From assembly GCF_009914755.1 (NCBI RefSeq), contig NC_060945.1: a stretch of 64,000 nucleotides of DNA. The stretch is one strand, 5' to 3'. The translations under genes and the position numbers were made by a program. The DNA comes from the human T2T-CHM13v2.0 reference genome, Homo sapiens. Below, one piece after another: positions 32,972-48,596 of this stretch (positions within the stretch are counted from its first letter, which is position 1; every line of letters starts with the position of its first letter). Under the pieces are notes generated by a model. That model was not told where the DNA came from, searched no databases, and saw nothing but the letters and a program-made list of their open reading frames with translations.

Positions 32972-33618
32972 TCACAGGAAGAAAAATGCACAGATTAAAG
33001 AAATTACAATCCAAATTAGCTGAGGTTGGGGAAAAACAGAAAGACTCTGTGAAGCAAACCACACATTTGGAAGCTTCATATTTCTTGCATTATGAAAGAA
33101 CTAAATATGATTACATAATGAAAACAATCAATAGCTGTGTAGCTGAAGTTTTCCTTTGTAAAAAATGTTACGTTGAAGATGAGATCTGTGTCAAGGGCCC
33201 AGATTCTGGCTCAAGTCAGTGGACTCCTCATCTGTGCCAGAGACTGATGGGTCCCTCTTTACTCCACTCTGTGGGCACTGGAGATATCCTCATTTTGGCA
33301 ATTCTGGGAATTTCTTCTGTAGGCAGAAGTGCCAGTTTGAACAAATCATACAGGGGAAACTAAACCTTGGGATCATTTTTAGATTCACTTAAAGTCACAA
33401 TTATTCATGATTTTGACATGAAAAATGACATGTGATATCTCAAGAGGGTGATGAGTTTACCCTAGTATAAAAAGAACTGCGTGGCCATCATAACCACTGC
33501 TCCGGTGGCAGATTGTCCAGTCCTTTGGGGTCATTCCCACAACAGGCAGAATGCCAACTTGACCTTGGGAGCTACATATTTCATTTGGATGAACCAACTT
33601 TAAATGTATGAGAAAAGT

Positions 33619-33684
33619 GGTCACTAAACCAAACCATTATTTCTACAGTTTGGTCACTACACCAAGCCATTATTTCTACAGTTT
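33619..33684. repeat. 33-bp tandem duplication (2 copies)
   Basis: ggtcactaaaccaaaccattatttctacagttt / ggtcactacaccaagccattatttctacagttt, 2 mismatches. Confidence 0.9.
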
Positions 33685-34369
33685 ATGCCTTCTAAGTGCT
33701 TTTGCTTGAAAATAGGCATTCTTCTGAATCCATTAGATCACATTTCTATGCTCATAAATGAATTTTCGACCCTTAACTTATATCCTAATTTCTTCTCCTG
33801 AATAGAGATATAGCACTTTAAAAAGTTATATGGACAGACCATATCTCACTCACTCTCTCCCTCTATCTTGGCTCCTATTATTTAAATAATTACTATGGAG
33901 TATGGAGAACCAGATTTTAAATTAGCAAAGTCCTAATGTACTCCATTTCTTAAAGTTCTTTCTCAGGGTATTTGAGTTATGGTTAGTTCACTATCTTTAA
34001 AGAAGAAGAGATAGGTGTTAAATCTCACAATAGCCTTGGCTGCATTCATCTCAGTTACATGGACAATTTACCTGAGAGGGTGCAGCAAACTTCCACAATA
34101 ATTGAGTTGGTTCAACTACTTTCCTTGCAAGCATTCTCTCATGAACTAGAAGGCTCTGAATTAACAGAGGGTTGATACAATAAATCAGACCCTTTCAGTG
34201 CTAAAGCTGAGATTCCTTCTCTGCCCTCATCTCAGAAGAATTGGTAGGTTTCCTTGAGTTTTCACTAATATAAATAAACACAAAATTAGGAGACCACTAG
34301 ACACAACCTGAGTATGTCAGATGTAATCTCTTAGAGTCTCACTGAAGGCATACATTGGGTTACTGGTTA

Positions 34370-34534
<165 letters not shown>

Positions 34535-36474
34535 CTACACAGAGGCCAACATGACCTACTCAATAAGGGCAATACCTAAAAATGGATGTGAAGCCAATTC
34601 ACATTACAACTGTCAACACTACTCTCTGGTACCCGGGTTATGAGGAATTGTCATTGTAAGAACACACAACTAGCAGAAAATTCCCATTGTAGCATTCTTT
34701 TCTTCTATTGACTAAACATGAGGAGTCCAAATTAAATATCTAGGGCTTCATAAGCCAAGCAGCTCCAAGCTGTGTTTTCTATGAGCCCAATTATTTCTCA
34801 AAGCACTTTAGGAAGCAATTTACCTCAACACAAAAACTGCTCATTAAAATATACTTTAATATCAGAGAAAGTAGACAATACAAAACACAAAGGCCCCAAA
34901 GACGGGAAGGAGTAAAACTGGAACAAGTTCTACTTAACAATTTCCCGACTGTATTATAGCAAGTTGATCTTTAGGACACACATTAAGGAGAATGAACATT
35001 TTCAGAGTGGCCTCTCTTGAAGAACAACCATTTGCTTGGAACAGTGATTCAGATGCCCAAACAGGAGCATCTGCCAGGGGCATCTGGTACTGGTGCAGCC
35101 CCAAGGTAGCAGAAGTCCCAGAAGACAGTCAGAAAAAGCCCAGGGTGAACTTGCCTTGAAGTCCAGTGTGGCCAGCAATGAGAGGTTCTAGTGCTACCTC
35201 CATCAGTGAGTCACAAAAGCTGACAGGGACACCACACACAAGTCTTCCAGAGGAAAACAATCTGCTCAGTCTTTGCCATACATTGGGACATTACTTTCTG
35301 GGGTGTAAACAGGAGCCCGGGGCTTCTCCTGTCCTTTGTTTTAGCCAGTATGCTTCAGACACTGTCATGGAGCTGGGGACATAGAGGAAACAGGTGCCCC
35401 TACAGGAGCTCACCCTCGATGGATGCACAGACCGGAAACCATAGGTGGAAGGCAGCCTTGAACTGATTCAGAGCCCATAAAAATGGGACAAATGTGAGAC
35501 CCCTGCACCATTTCTGGGTTGAGGGTTTGCATTGGCAAAGGAAGATGAGGAGAAGGCTCCCCCAGGGAAGCTCTAGAATCCCTGGAAGGGCAGAGTACCC
35601 AGAGCCAAGTCATTATGCAGCCATCCTAGTATAGAATACCCACATTAGTCACTAGGATCTACCAGACCAAATCATACATTTTTGCTTCTGGGCACTGTGG
35701 GCAAGAGTAGAGAGAAAAAGAAAATGCCAGAGGGCTTAGAAGCTGGACCTTGTTTTTTGTTGCAGCAAAACCCATGTTTCAAGCAATTTCCCTGGACTGA
35801 GATGAAGTATTCTAAGGCAGGGCCCATTTCATCAGTCATTGACATTTCTGATTTTGCATCATGATAACAAAAAGGTCCTGATTAGGCAGCATCAGATTTC
35901 CTGCATTGGTAGCTTTTGGCATTTTCTTTTTCACACACTTCAGACAGTTCTTTAGAGAGTAGAGAATGTCCTCAGCAGTAAAAGGCGGGTGGCTAGAGAA
36001 ATTCAGCTAGAGTTAGGGGCTTTCCAGCTTTATAACAGTCACCCACTTTAAGAAATATGTTTTACATCAAACTCCAGAAGCTACACATGCATTGGGATGT
36101 TGTGTATGTGCAAACAAAGTTGCATGAATAAAGACTTCACTGTATGTGATGCATTCTGATATTTTCTGTCTTTTTTAAACCCTAGTTTAGTCTAGTCTAG
36201 TTGATTTGACTCTGTTCCACTCTATTCCATTGTTGTTCTTTAACATTCTGGGCATAACCCCTCAAATTAACTCCAGGACTTATGAATGCTTTTCCATTAG
36301 CAATTTAAAAAATACAAGCTAGAGCTACTTCATCTTCAAGCCCAACAACCCCCATGCTATCGCTCAATGCCCATTTTGCCCATTTTAGACGGCTGAAATT
36401 TAAAGGGTCTCTAGCCAGAAATGTATGACTGGGCAACTCAACACACTAGACCTGGGGCAGCCAAGAGAATCCCC

Positions 36475-36600
36475 TAGAATCTTTGTTTAAAATGCAGGTT
36501 CCCACCACAGCCTTGTGGATTCAGCAGCTCTTTCCTGTACTTGGGGCATCTGCCTTTTGACAAGCATCCCAGGTGATTCTGATGAGAAACTGAACCCCTC
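36475..36600. mobile_element. MER5-like hAT-Charlie remnant
   Basis: tttaaaatgcaggttccc...gcatctgccttttgacaagcatcccaggtgattctgatg. Confidence 0.6.
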
Positions 36601-38815
36601 TGCAACCTGGTGTCCCCTCTGATTCGGGTCCCGTTTGTTCTCAGCCATGGGGCCAGGCTCTCTGTGCCTTCGTGTCCTGGACCCCTTCCTAGGAGGGGCT
36701 TCCCCCAGGACCAGTGCCATGGCCCCATTCTGCCACTCCCTCCATAAAAGCAGTGGTCCTCCTCTTCTTCAACTGTATCTGAATTTTGGACCCTGCTACC
36801 TGTCGCTAGACTGCTGCTGGTCTGCCTTGACTTCCCAACAACTACAGAATAACCTGTCTCAATCTCCTCTGCTGTGGACATCCCCATCCCTCTAGGATGG
36901 GCCTTTCAGCCTTCATGGTTTGCCAGTGTCTGGGCTTCTGGGTGGGGGCTGCCCAACTGACTGTCTGCTCCATCCTGAGGCACTCCCTAGCTTATCCCCT
37001 TTCCAGAAAACCTACCTACAGCAATCCTAACCCTGAGTCAACCTCCCTTAAGCATGAAAAGTTGAACATTTCTGGAAAAAAAATCCACGCAATAGAGCAT
37101 TTGGAGATTGACCACCATTTAGGATCATCAACCTCAATTGAACTGTCAGCACTCCCTGCTGGTCTTACTGTTTCTTTAGTAAATGTCCTCCCCATTCCCT
37201 GCAACGATGGCTTCCTGCTGTCCCTCCTCTTCTCACACTTCTGGGCTTCCCTCCACTATCCCCAAATTGCCTAATGCTTCAGAGACACCATCCAGGAACC
37301 CTGCATTTCCAGCCACCAAATCTGTGAACCTACTGGCATTTCCTCCTCTAAACCTCAGTGCTGTGGTCGTGGGCTCTTTCTTATGTATTGTTGATTTCTC
37401 GTTTCTCCCTCTCTACTGGGATCTTCCCGTTACCACATAAACATGCTCTGATGGCAGGCCTCATGAAAAATAATGAACCCAGAGCCTTTCCTCGAATGAG
37501 AGCCTCCCTCCCCCTCCCAGCTTCTTCTCTTGGTTGTCACTTCTTCCAGGTGATGTGTGTTGAAGGAATGTTCTGCCCAGTCAGCCTGCCCCTCACCTCC
37601 TACCCACTTTCTCACCTGACTCAGGCTCATTTCTGCATGCCCCTCCACACCCACTGATGCTGCTCACAGGAAGGTCACCACGATCTTCCGTGTGGCCACT
37701 GAGGGGCATTTTCGCCTGGTTTTGCCTGACTTTCCAGCAGCAGCAGCCTCACCTGACCACTCCCTCCTTTTGCAAGCATCTGTTTTGAATCCACAGCCTA
37801 ACACCCTCCTGGCTCTGCTGCCTCTCTGGCTTTTCCCCTTTTCCTTTGCCTGCTCCCACTCCCTTTGAGAGTCCGTCCTGCACCTTCATCTCTCCTCCAT
37901 CTCTCAGCCAATCTCATTCCCATCCCAGGTGTAAGCGATATCCAGACGCTGACCCGCCTGAATTTCTGCCTCCTGCCAGATGTCTCTTGAGAGCCAGGAC
38001 ATGCCTCAGTGCACAGATGCCTCTGAGTGAATGCCTCTTCGTCACCTTGGATTGAACCCCTCCAAATGTCTGTACCTCCTCTCACTGGCTTCAAAATCCA
38101 CTTCTTCCATGGTCTTCTTCATCAAGAAATCGTGCCTCCACTTATGCTAACTCATGTGAGAATTTGGGTGTTCATTCTTGCTATCTCCTTCTCCACCCTC
38201 CTCCATTTCTGCCTCTCTGCAGTCCATTCAGGACAGAGAGACCAGGTGGTCTTAAAAAGCACACCCGCCATTAGTTGTAAGAAAGGCATTTAATTAGGAT
38301 GTCTATAAAAAGGGAAACTAGGTGTGAGGTAAATGGCAACTCTCTGTACTATCATCACAATTTTTCTGTAAATCTAAAACTGTTCTAAAAAATAAGGTTT
38401 ATCACACACACACACATGCACACAGAGAGAAAGAGAGATCATGTGCCTCCCTTGCTTAAAACCCTACACCATCTCCTTATTTCTCTTGCGGCAAAATCTG
38501 AAATCCCTAACACAGTGTTGAAAACCCAGCATGATCAGGTCCCTGTCTTCCTTCCCAGCGTCTCTGGGACCACTGTTCCTTCCCCGGCCCCAGCAGGGTC
38601 CAGTGTCCTGGACCTCCCACCTGCTAAATCTTTCTCTGCAGGAGCTTCTGACTGCTCACTTCTTCTCTCTTCACATAACCGCCTTTGCTTGTGCTCAGGG
38701 ACCAAGTGTGTCCTCCATCTGACACTCCAGGTGAGGTCCTCTCACACTATTTCTTTATAGCACTTACTACAGTTTGTCTCTATGCATATACTTTTGTGAT
38801 GCTTTGTTTACTGAC

Positions 38816-39180
38816 TGTATTAGTCTGTTCTCATGCTGCTAATAAAGGCATGCCTGAGACTGGGTAATTTATAAAGGAAAGGGGTTTAATGGACTCACAG
38901 TGCCACATGGCTGGGGAGGCCTCACAATTATGGCAGAAGGTGAATGAGGAGCATAGGGCATGTATTACATGGCGGCAGGCAAGAGAGCATGTGTGGTGGA
39001 ACTCCCCTTTACAAAACCATCAGATCTCGTGAGACTTACTCACTGTCATGAGAACAGCACAGGAAAGACCTGCTCCCATGACTCAATTACCTCCCACTGG
39101 GTCCGTCCCATGACACTTGGAAATTATGGGAGCTACAATCCAAGATGAGACTTGGGTGGGGACACAGACAAACCATATCA
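38816..39180 (-). mobile_element. THE1 (ERVL-MaLR) solo LTR
   Basis: tgtattagtc...aaccatatca, 365 bp; perfect 5-bp TSD ctgac. Confidence 0.93.
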
Positions 39181-39329
39181 CTGACTGGCTCCCCACCAAA
39201 CTGTAAGCTTCAGGGGGTCAGGGAGTGAACACATCTCTTAAACCATCTCAAAAGACTCCTCTGGGCTCTCCAAACCCTGTTTTCTTTTCCCTGGTGGGTC
39301 CATGCCTTTATTCTAGACAATAGGATATT

Positions 39330-39606
39330 AGTAAAAATAATGTATACACTTCCGTATCTGGCTCATGAAAACCTCTCATCAAACCCTCCATACTCCCTTC
39401 TTCCCCCATCTATTTAGCTGTAAATGAGGAGAAATCCAGGGTTGTAAATCATAAGGTGGAAGGGGCCTGGATGCCTGAATCACCATGTGGAACAGGCCAC
39501 CCAAGAGAGCCCTGACCAAAAATACCTCTGTTGGACTATATTATTATGTGAAGCCACTGAGATTTAGGGAACATTTATTTCAGCAGTCAGCCTCCCTTGA
39601 CCAAAT
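39330..39606 (+). mobile_element. MLT1-like MaLR LTR remnant
   Basis: gcctggatgcctgaatcaccatgtgga...tgtgaagccactgagatttaggg 3' LTR motifs. Confidence 0.55.
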
Positions 39607-40907
39607 CCTCTGTGTCCCCAGCATAGACCCTGACATACAACAGGCACTCAAAATGACTTATTAAATGACTGGAGGACATTGAATTTCCCCAGGCAAGACC
39701 TGCTTCTGTGAGAGTTTTCAATTGTTCCCCCACTGAGTAAGTCATACCCCACTGCACTAGCCAGGCCTTTCTGGCTGTGTCTAGAGATAGAACTTTGAAA
39801 GCACAAAGGAAAGGAAGAAACATTATTGCTAATCCTATGTGTTTTGTTGCAGTGTTTTTTTGTTTGTTTGTTTTTGTTGTTTTTTTGGTAAATCCCACAG
39901 CTCAGTCCTTATGTCCAACATTTTCCTTGGTAATCATCATTTTCTCATTCTCAGGGAGTGGCTGGATATCATGACCAAAGAGTGTAATACATAAAGTAAG
40001 TCCCCCAGTTTATTTCCCTTACCAACTTACTTATTTTCTATCTGTATTTGAGCTCAAAATGTGACACCCCTCTTTTTTCCCCTCACTGCTTTATTCTGCC
40101 TATTTCTTAACTATCTCATTAAAAAGCACATTTTTCAGAGAATTCTTGGAGGTAAAATTGGAATCTTGGAATGTTCATTCTTGTCTTTCAGGCTATCAGA
40201 GAACATATTAGTAATAAGTTGCCACTGTTCTATAACTCAAAATTAGGGGCAACTCCTGCTGGCCTGGAATTGTGTCGTAAGGAAATTGACTTATTATGAA
40301 TGCTAATTTAGGGGGTTCCTGGAAACACTGGATGGCCGTGATTACCAGAAGAGCAAGAATACCCCGTGCCTGCGTGTGCTTTTTAAGGACCAGTTTAACG
40401 TACAAATGTGAAGATATTATATTCACTTTAAGGAACTTTTTATTCTTTGGTGACTCCTACTTCCTGCTGTTACTTAAAGTCTTTGCTTATAGCATTCTGT
40501 CAACAGATAGTGAATGATTTTCAAATATTTTTAAGCTTGCAAATTCCATAGACTATAAAATAGACATTTCTCATTAAGAAGTGTGATACCTGATTTTGCT
40601 GAAAGTAGAACATCCTTGGGAAAATGCCGTGTAATGATTTTCAGCTACTCCAAGGAATGAATGAGGGCTCCTTTCCTAATTTTCATAGACACTTCCATTG
40701 TAAGGCCACTCATTCTCAGCTTTGTGTTTACCTCCAGGGAATTACTTTTCCATGGGACAGAAGCTCAGAGCTTGTTAGCCACAACCCTGTTTCTTGAGCT
40801 AAAATGTGATATTCTGGTTTATTTGATTTTTAGGAAAGTGTAAGTTTTATTTCAGGTAAAATAGAGACTTAAAAACAGTCAAGTTACAACAGGAAATGAG
40901 GTCCTTA

Positions 40908-41105
<198 letters not shown>

Positions 41106-42185
41106 TCAAAGAAGCATGTGGCAAAAATGGATTTCCCGAAGGAATGGTCATGAACATATTAAATATCATAACAAAAAAACTCAACTCACTCTCCTCTAAA
41201 AGGCTGGCTTTGCAATATAAAATGTAACTGGTAAGTTTAAGTGACCCACCATCTACATTTTTCTCTGCAGCAGCTTTGATGGCCACCAATAAATAATTTA
41301 CCCCTTTACATTACAGGCCACAGCACTTCTGTATTTGGCTGAGATGGAGTAACAAGAACCAGATTTACCCTCCCACCTGAAACAACTGAGGAACACACAC
41401 CATCCATAAAACAATGGTTCTAAAAGCATTGCACATCAGGTAATAAATGACAGTGATCTCTGAAAGATGGGAAACGAATGAAGAAAACCCCACAATCGCA
41501 GAGATTTTGCAATTTGTAGGGCAGTGTAAATTTTATTTCTGATAAAATAGAGAGCTCCACCTCCTCAACTCGGGAGGTTGGCAGCCTTTCCAAGCTAAGG
41601 AGGCAGAGCTGAGAGCCTGAAGGAAGCTAGAGTTCACAAGGAAGAGCACTGGAAAGAGAGCTACACACAAAGGACAAGCTCTGGAGATTGAAGAGGGTCC
41701 TACTTGGGTATTCAGCTGAGCAGATCCATGGATGCATGTGAGGAAACTACCCAAGGCCAGGGAAAGACACCTGAAAGAATTGGAGGTCACGGTGCCTAAT
41801 GCTCACACAGGGATGGGAGTAGTGGCTGTTCTCACCAGTTGGGTTGGAAAACATCAAGATTCCTCGAGCATTGGGTATAGTGCATAAGGGTCTTACCACA
41901 AAGGGGAAATAATTAGCCCCAGGCTGAATACCACTCCAGTCTTTCCTAATTATTCTTAAAGGCAAGACTTAGAGAGAACAAATTATTCCTAAATAACTTA
42001 ACTACATCCAAGAATAAAGGTCAAGAATATTTATAGAATTTATAGAAATTGAAGCATGTAGTACTCCAAAAGGTGAAGTTCACAAAGTTTAACACCTACT
42101 AAAATATTTCCACAAACAAATAGCCCAAATATGTGTCACCTGATGACTGGATAAACATAATATGTCACAGCGATACCATGGAGTC

Positions 42186-42550
42186 TGTATTAGTCCATTT
42201 TCATGCTGCTGATAAAGACATACCCGAGACTAGGTAATTTATAAATAAAAAGAGGTTTAATGGATTCACAGTTCCACATGGCTGGGGAGGCCTCACGATC
42301 ACGGCAGAAGGTGAAAGGCATGTCTTACATGGTGGCAGGCAAGAAAGAATGAGGCCAAGCAAAAGGGGTTCCCCCTTGTAAAACCATTATATCTCATGAG
42401 ACTTATTCACTACGAGGAGAACAGTACAGAGGAAACTGCCCTCATGATTCAATTATCTCCCACCAGGTCTCTCCCACAACACATGGGAATTATGGGAGCT
42501 ATATAATTAAAGATGAGATTTGGCTGGGGACATGGAGCCAAGCCATATCA
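42186..42550 (-). mobile_element. THE1 (THE1B-like) solo LTR
   Basis: tgtattagtcc...agccatatca; TSD gagtc/gagtg; inserted in an old L1M 3'-end fragment (~42100-42910). Confidence 0.92.
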
Positions 42551-43193
42551 GAGTGTTATGAGATAATAGAAAGGAATGAAGTACTGATAAATGCTATAAC
42601 TTGGATAAATCTTGAAAACATTATGCTAAGTGAAAGGAGCCAATTATAAGAAACCACACATTTGTGATTCTCTTCATTTAAAATGTTCAGAATAGGCAGA
42701 TCGATGGCAACATAGATTAGTGGTTGTCAGGGGCAGGGTAGGGGAAGGGGAAAATTGGGAATGACTGCTAATGGGCGTGCAGTTTCTTTTCAGGGTGATG
42801 AAAATGTTCTAAAATTAGATAGTGGTAAGGGTTGCATAACTCTGTGAATATACTAAGAGCCACTGAATTGTTGAAGTTAAAAGTGAATGACATCTCAATA
42901 AAGCTGTCATAAAAATTTCCAGGAAAACATAATTCATAAGAAGAAATCAATCAATCAAAATTCACCCATAATTGGCACAGACATTAGATTTATGCAAACA
43001 AGGGCAATAAAGTAGTTATAATTGTATTATAGCGGTATTATAACTGTATATGTTCAAAAATTTAAGTAGATATGATACAAAAAGACCTAAATTAAACTCA
43101 AAATGAAACTATAATGCATGAAATAAAAAATACATTGAACTTGATTAGCAGCAGCGTAGATATTGCAGAAAAACTGATTAGTGAACTTAAAGG

Positions 43194-43671
43194 TGTGGAA
43201 GGAAAATAAATATTGGGGCCCCCAAATCACTAAGCTAAAGGGAAAAGTCAAGCTGGGAACTGCTTAGGGCAAACCTGCCTCCCATTCTATTCAAAGTTAT
43301 CCCTCTGCTCACTGAGATAGATGCATATCTGATGGCCTCCTTTAGAAGGCTAATCAGAAACTCAAAAGAATGTAACCATTTGTCTCTTATCTACCTAGGA
43401 CCTAGAAGCCCCCTCCTCACGAGCCCCCTCCCCACTTTGAGTTGTCCCGCCTTTGCTTCAAGTTGTCCTGCCTTTTCAGATGGAACCAATGTTAAAAAAT
43501 TGGTTGATGTCTCATGTCTCACTAAAATGCATAAAACCAAGCTGTGCTCGGACCACCTTGAGCACATACTGTCAGGACCTCCTAAGGCTGTGTCATGGGC
43601 ACGCATCCTCACTTTGGCAAAATAAACTGCCTAAATTGACTGAGACCTGTCTCAGATATTTGAGGTTCACA
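43194..43671 (+). mobile_element. MER4A-like ERV1 solo LTR
   Basis: TG...CA ends; ggaaaataaatattggggcccccaaatcactaagctaaaggg start; AATAAA at 43621; gagacctgtctcagatatttgaggttcaca end. Confidence 0.8.
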
Positions 43672-44860
43672 ACACATATTAATAAATGATACATAGAAAA
43701 GAGAATAAAAAAGTTAACAGGGCATTAGTGAGCTATGGAAAAATATCAGGCTGCCTAACATGCACATAGTGGAGTTCCTAAAGGAGGGGAGAGAGACAGG
43801 ACCAAAAAAAGGTTGTAAAAATAGTGGTTGAAAAATTTCCAAATTTGATGAAAACTGTAGCCCGCAGAGCCAAGATACTCAGTGAATTCTAGCCACAAGA
43901 ATATTAAAAAAAAAAACTGTACCAAGGAGCATCATAATCAAACTACTCAAGAGTTTTAGTTTCAGTGCTAGAGAGAAAATCTTAAAAGTAGCCAGAGAAA
44001 GTAAATGTTGTGTAAAGGGGAACAAAGATAAGCATGGCAGCCAATTTCATTTGAAAAACAATCAAGGTAAGAAGACAGTGGAATGATTTCTTTCAAGTAC
44101 TGAAAGAAAAAAATCAACCTAGAATTCTATATTCAACAAATATAATTCAAAATGAAAGTGAATAAAGACTTTTTTCAGATACATAAGAAGCTGAAAGAAT
44201 TAATCACCAGTAGACCCACATTACAAGAAATGTTAAAGAAAGTCCTTCCAGCAGAAGGAAAATAATACCAGATAGACAGAGACATAAATGTACACAAATA
44301 AGTAGAAAAAGGAGGTAATTATACAGATACATATATATGGTATTTCTTATTTAAATATTATTAAAATATGGTTGATAGTTAAAAACAATACCAATGTAAT
44401 GTGGGTATATAATATAAATAAAAGTAAAATGTTTAACAATAGCACAAATGTTGGGAGGAAAAAATGGAAGTATATGATTGTAAGTTTCTTATACTATATG
44501 CAAAGTGTGTAATACCGCTTGAAAGTACACTAAGATGTTAAAAGTATATGCTGTGAATTGTAAGGAAACTGCTGAAATTACAAAATATAGCATAAAATAA
44601 AGCTAATGAACTAATAAGATAAATAAAATGGAATTACAAAAAAAACCCCAAAGAAGTCAGAGAAAGACTGACAAGGGCAACAAGTAGCACAACAGCAGCA
44701 GAACTCAAATAGCAAATAGCACTACACAGAGTTAAACATAAACATAGTAATAATAATTTTAAGTATAAATGATCTAAATATATTAAAGGCAAAGATTGTC
44801 AGACCTGATATAAAAGCAATATCCGACTATATGCTGCTTACAAGAAATGTACTTGAAATA

Positions 44861-45252
<392 letters not shown>

Positions 45253-45549
45253 TTAAGTGATATCCTATGATAACACTAATCAAAAAAATATGGAATGGCT
45301 ATAGTAATATCAGACAAAATAGATTTAAAAGCAAAGGATATTACCAGTAATAAAGACAGAAATTTCATAACGATAATGGGGTCAGTTCATCAAGAGAACA
45401 TAACAATTCTAAACATTTATTCACCTAATATTCACCTATTATTCAAAGATATGAAGCTTGGTTATTAGGTGAATAAACGTTTAGGATTTATTATTACATG
45501 AAACAAAACTAATGGAACTTCAAGGAGACATAGACCTAGATAGGTCAGA

Positions 45550-45730
45550 ATTGTTCCTTAAAAAGCCATGTGAAGTAGGTGGAGCTGGATCCATTTTATA
45601 GATCAGGAAACTGAGGTTCAGAGAAAGTAAGTGATTCACTGATGTCACAAGACCAGACAACTGCAGAACAATGGCTCCAGCTCAGGGCCTCTGGTCCCAA
45701 GTCTGGTGCTATTTCCTCACACTTTATGCT
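45550..45730 (-). mobile_element. MIR remnant
   Basis: ccattttatagatcaggaaactgaggttcagagaaagtaagtga is the reverse-strand MIR core. Confidence 0.7.
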
Positions 45731-48596
45731 GTCAATTAGAAGTGACCAAAACAAGAAGGACTTACTTTTACTCTTGTTAGCTTTTCAATAAACCTTACAT
45801 GCCTCAGCAGGCTGCATAAGTTACAATACCAGTCATGCAATTAAACAGGGGATTTAAATCTTCACTATATCTCTTAATTGTCATACAACCTCATGCTTCC
45901 TCAACAAAACATAATGTCAGATAATTACTTATTGTCAAAACTTTAATTTGTGGGTACACAGTGTCAGATGATTTGGAGAGACTCTTGCATGGATTCCCTA
46001 GATACATCACTATAATCTAGCATGCACGTGCATGTGTATGCACTCATTTACACCTCACCTCCACCCCCCTCCCACTACAACACTCCAGTCACGTCTTAGA
46101 GTATTATGGGAAAATTAGTCCCTCTAGAAGTTCAGAGGGAATTTGGCCTGTTTCCTGATAAACCAAAGAGACAATCCTGAGACTGTATGTACTTGCATTG
46201 TGTGATTCTCCAAGGCTATGTCATTGCCAAATTAATTTTACAAAGCTTAATGATGTGCAAATTCTAACAATTACTCTTACTGAACATTAAGCATCAGGAA
46301 AGCATTAAGATATATTTATAAAATAAAGATCTTTTTCTGTGTAGACAACATAGCTTTTAGTTAAAACTCCATACTTATCCTGTTGACAAGGTAAAATTCG
46401 TTCTTGATTACCTCCAAAACACACACTTTAATTTTTGCCTGTAACATAATGCATGGCTAAAATCAACAATAAAATATGACTTTTTATGCAACAAGATTTG
46501 TTTCATCATTTATATAGAAGACTAATCAAGAATTGAAGTAAAAAAGGTATATTCATAGAAACTTCCTTAATTTCTCCGTAGGTTAGGATGAAAAATAATA
46601 ACGTCAAGCTGTTAGTGGCTCCTATTGGTTATTTGGGTAAGTTAGTTACACTGATGTCACCACCCTTTGATGCCACTGTGTATTCCTCTGAGGACTGCCA
46701 TAATTAGGCACAATTTTCCTGGTCTTAGTAGAAGGGCAAGCAGAAAGTTGATAACTGAACAATTTAAACCATCAGAGTTGATTTATTTTCTTTGGAATAT
46801 ATGTAACTGGATATTAAAGTTGACTCTTCCTGTTCTCTGGAAGTTTTAGCGATGATCTTAAAGCGTGAGAATGCTCCTAAAGATGCCAGTGCCTTCTTTC
46901 CTAACAAGAGCTGTGAGGCCACCTGGGCAGGACTTGCTGGTTCTCATGTTTTGCCAGTCATCCATTTCCAGGCTCCAAAAGAGGCTGGGGCAGGAATAAG
47001 GATTTTCTGTTGAGAGAGGTCTGTGAGTATTCCCTCTTATGGGTGGAAGAGGGCTTTGAGCTCTAGGGAATCTCTCGGAGAACTTGGAGTCTGAAGGACA
47101 CAGAGCTTGGTAAGTGAGCCACACCTGAGAAGGCTAATGGCGAACCACAGTGGCAGAGGTTAGCCCTGCTCACAACAGGAGAGGAGGCTGGGCTGGACTG
47201 GCCACGCCTCCTAGAGTGAAGCAGGGTAAGGATGCCTACTGGTTGACCCTAGAGGACAGAGCAAGCCTGGATGTCTTGAGAGAGAGAACCATAGGCATGA
47301 AATGCCTCCAACAGAGGGATGCAGTGTAAATTATATAGTATTTATTGTAAACAGAATCATTAGCTATGGATGGTGCATAACTCAATCATTATTAACCATT
47401 TTAACAGTAGGTAGGAGAAAAAAGAAAAAAAGAGCAAAATGGGAAGAAAATAACCAGAAGTTCTCTCAGTGTAGTGGAGCCAATCTAGTTGATTAAATCC
47501 TTTTTAATGCTCAGCCAAAAATGCTTGTTCTGAAAAGAAGGGATGATAAATATCATCTCCTTTTGAAATATTTCCCTCCATATTTTATTAAGTTAGGATA
47601 GCATGGACTATATTTATATTTCATTAATTTTCTTTTTATTGGATACCAGATTTTCCAACACAACAATCCAATAGTGTGTAAACTGACTTGCTAATTTCTA
47701 CATGCATATTTTATTACGTAGCACTCTCTTCCAAATATAGAGAATGTTCAATGAGAAGGGATCACTTTGATTTCCAGATTTCGCCTGATATATCAGCTGG
47801 GTTGCTATTTCAGAGACTCTGAATCTTTTTTTTTTTTTTTTTTAAAGAAACAAAGCAAAGCTTCGCTATCAAGGACAACAGATAAACACTGCGGTATAAA
47901 GAAGGGCAAACTCACAATGGAGTTTCTTAGGGATTAATGAACCAAATATGGCAAAAGGAGAAATCTGTGGGGAAGCAACAGAGACACTTTTCTTAATATT
48001 TAAATATTTCATTTTCTTCAGGTAGACTTTGAACTCTCCAGTCTCATCTTCTTTAGAGTTAAGACAGACGTGTCAGTCATCCTAGATTTTGTTATGCCTA
48101 AAGTGTGAATTAATTTTGAGTGGACTACAGTAATTGTGCTAACCATTTGTTTGAAGAGAAGACATAAGAGTTCCTTTGTGACCTGTGGAAATACAGAAAC
48201 AGCTAACATTACGAAGTTGCCGCCAGGCATGGACTTGAGGGATCCCATCCCCCATGTCCCTGAACCAGAATGCCAGGGATTCCCTTCCATGGCTTATTTT
48301 TAATCCTGCTCTGTCTATGCCCAGCTTGAGGAAGTGGATGGGACATTTGTGGACTGGGGTTGCCAATTATTTTGCATCTGTCATATATTCCTCTTGGCTA
48401 GCTGAGGAAAAAGCCTGTTATTTCTCATCTAAAATGTGTTTAAACATGTAGGCTCTATCCAAGTTGAGAAGCAAGCCAACATTTATTATTAATTAATCAC
48501 TTCTCAATTGAAAGGCTCTAAGTGGCTGCCAAGTTACTGATTTCTTGGTCCACCAGATAACATGGTGGCATGAGAAGAACAGGGCTCTCTCTGGCT

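Noticed and set aside
33619-33684. 33-bp repeats resembling a CRISPR unit
   Set aside because: Only two head-to-tail copies with no spacer, in a human intron
46021-46034. 14-bp palindrome CATGCACGTGCATG (E-box and TGCATG)
   Set aside because: Sits in a low-complexity RY-alternating patch about 5 kb from the nearest exon; explainable by chance
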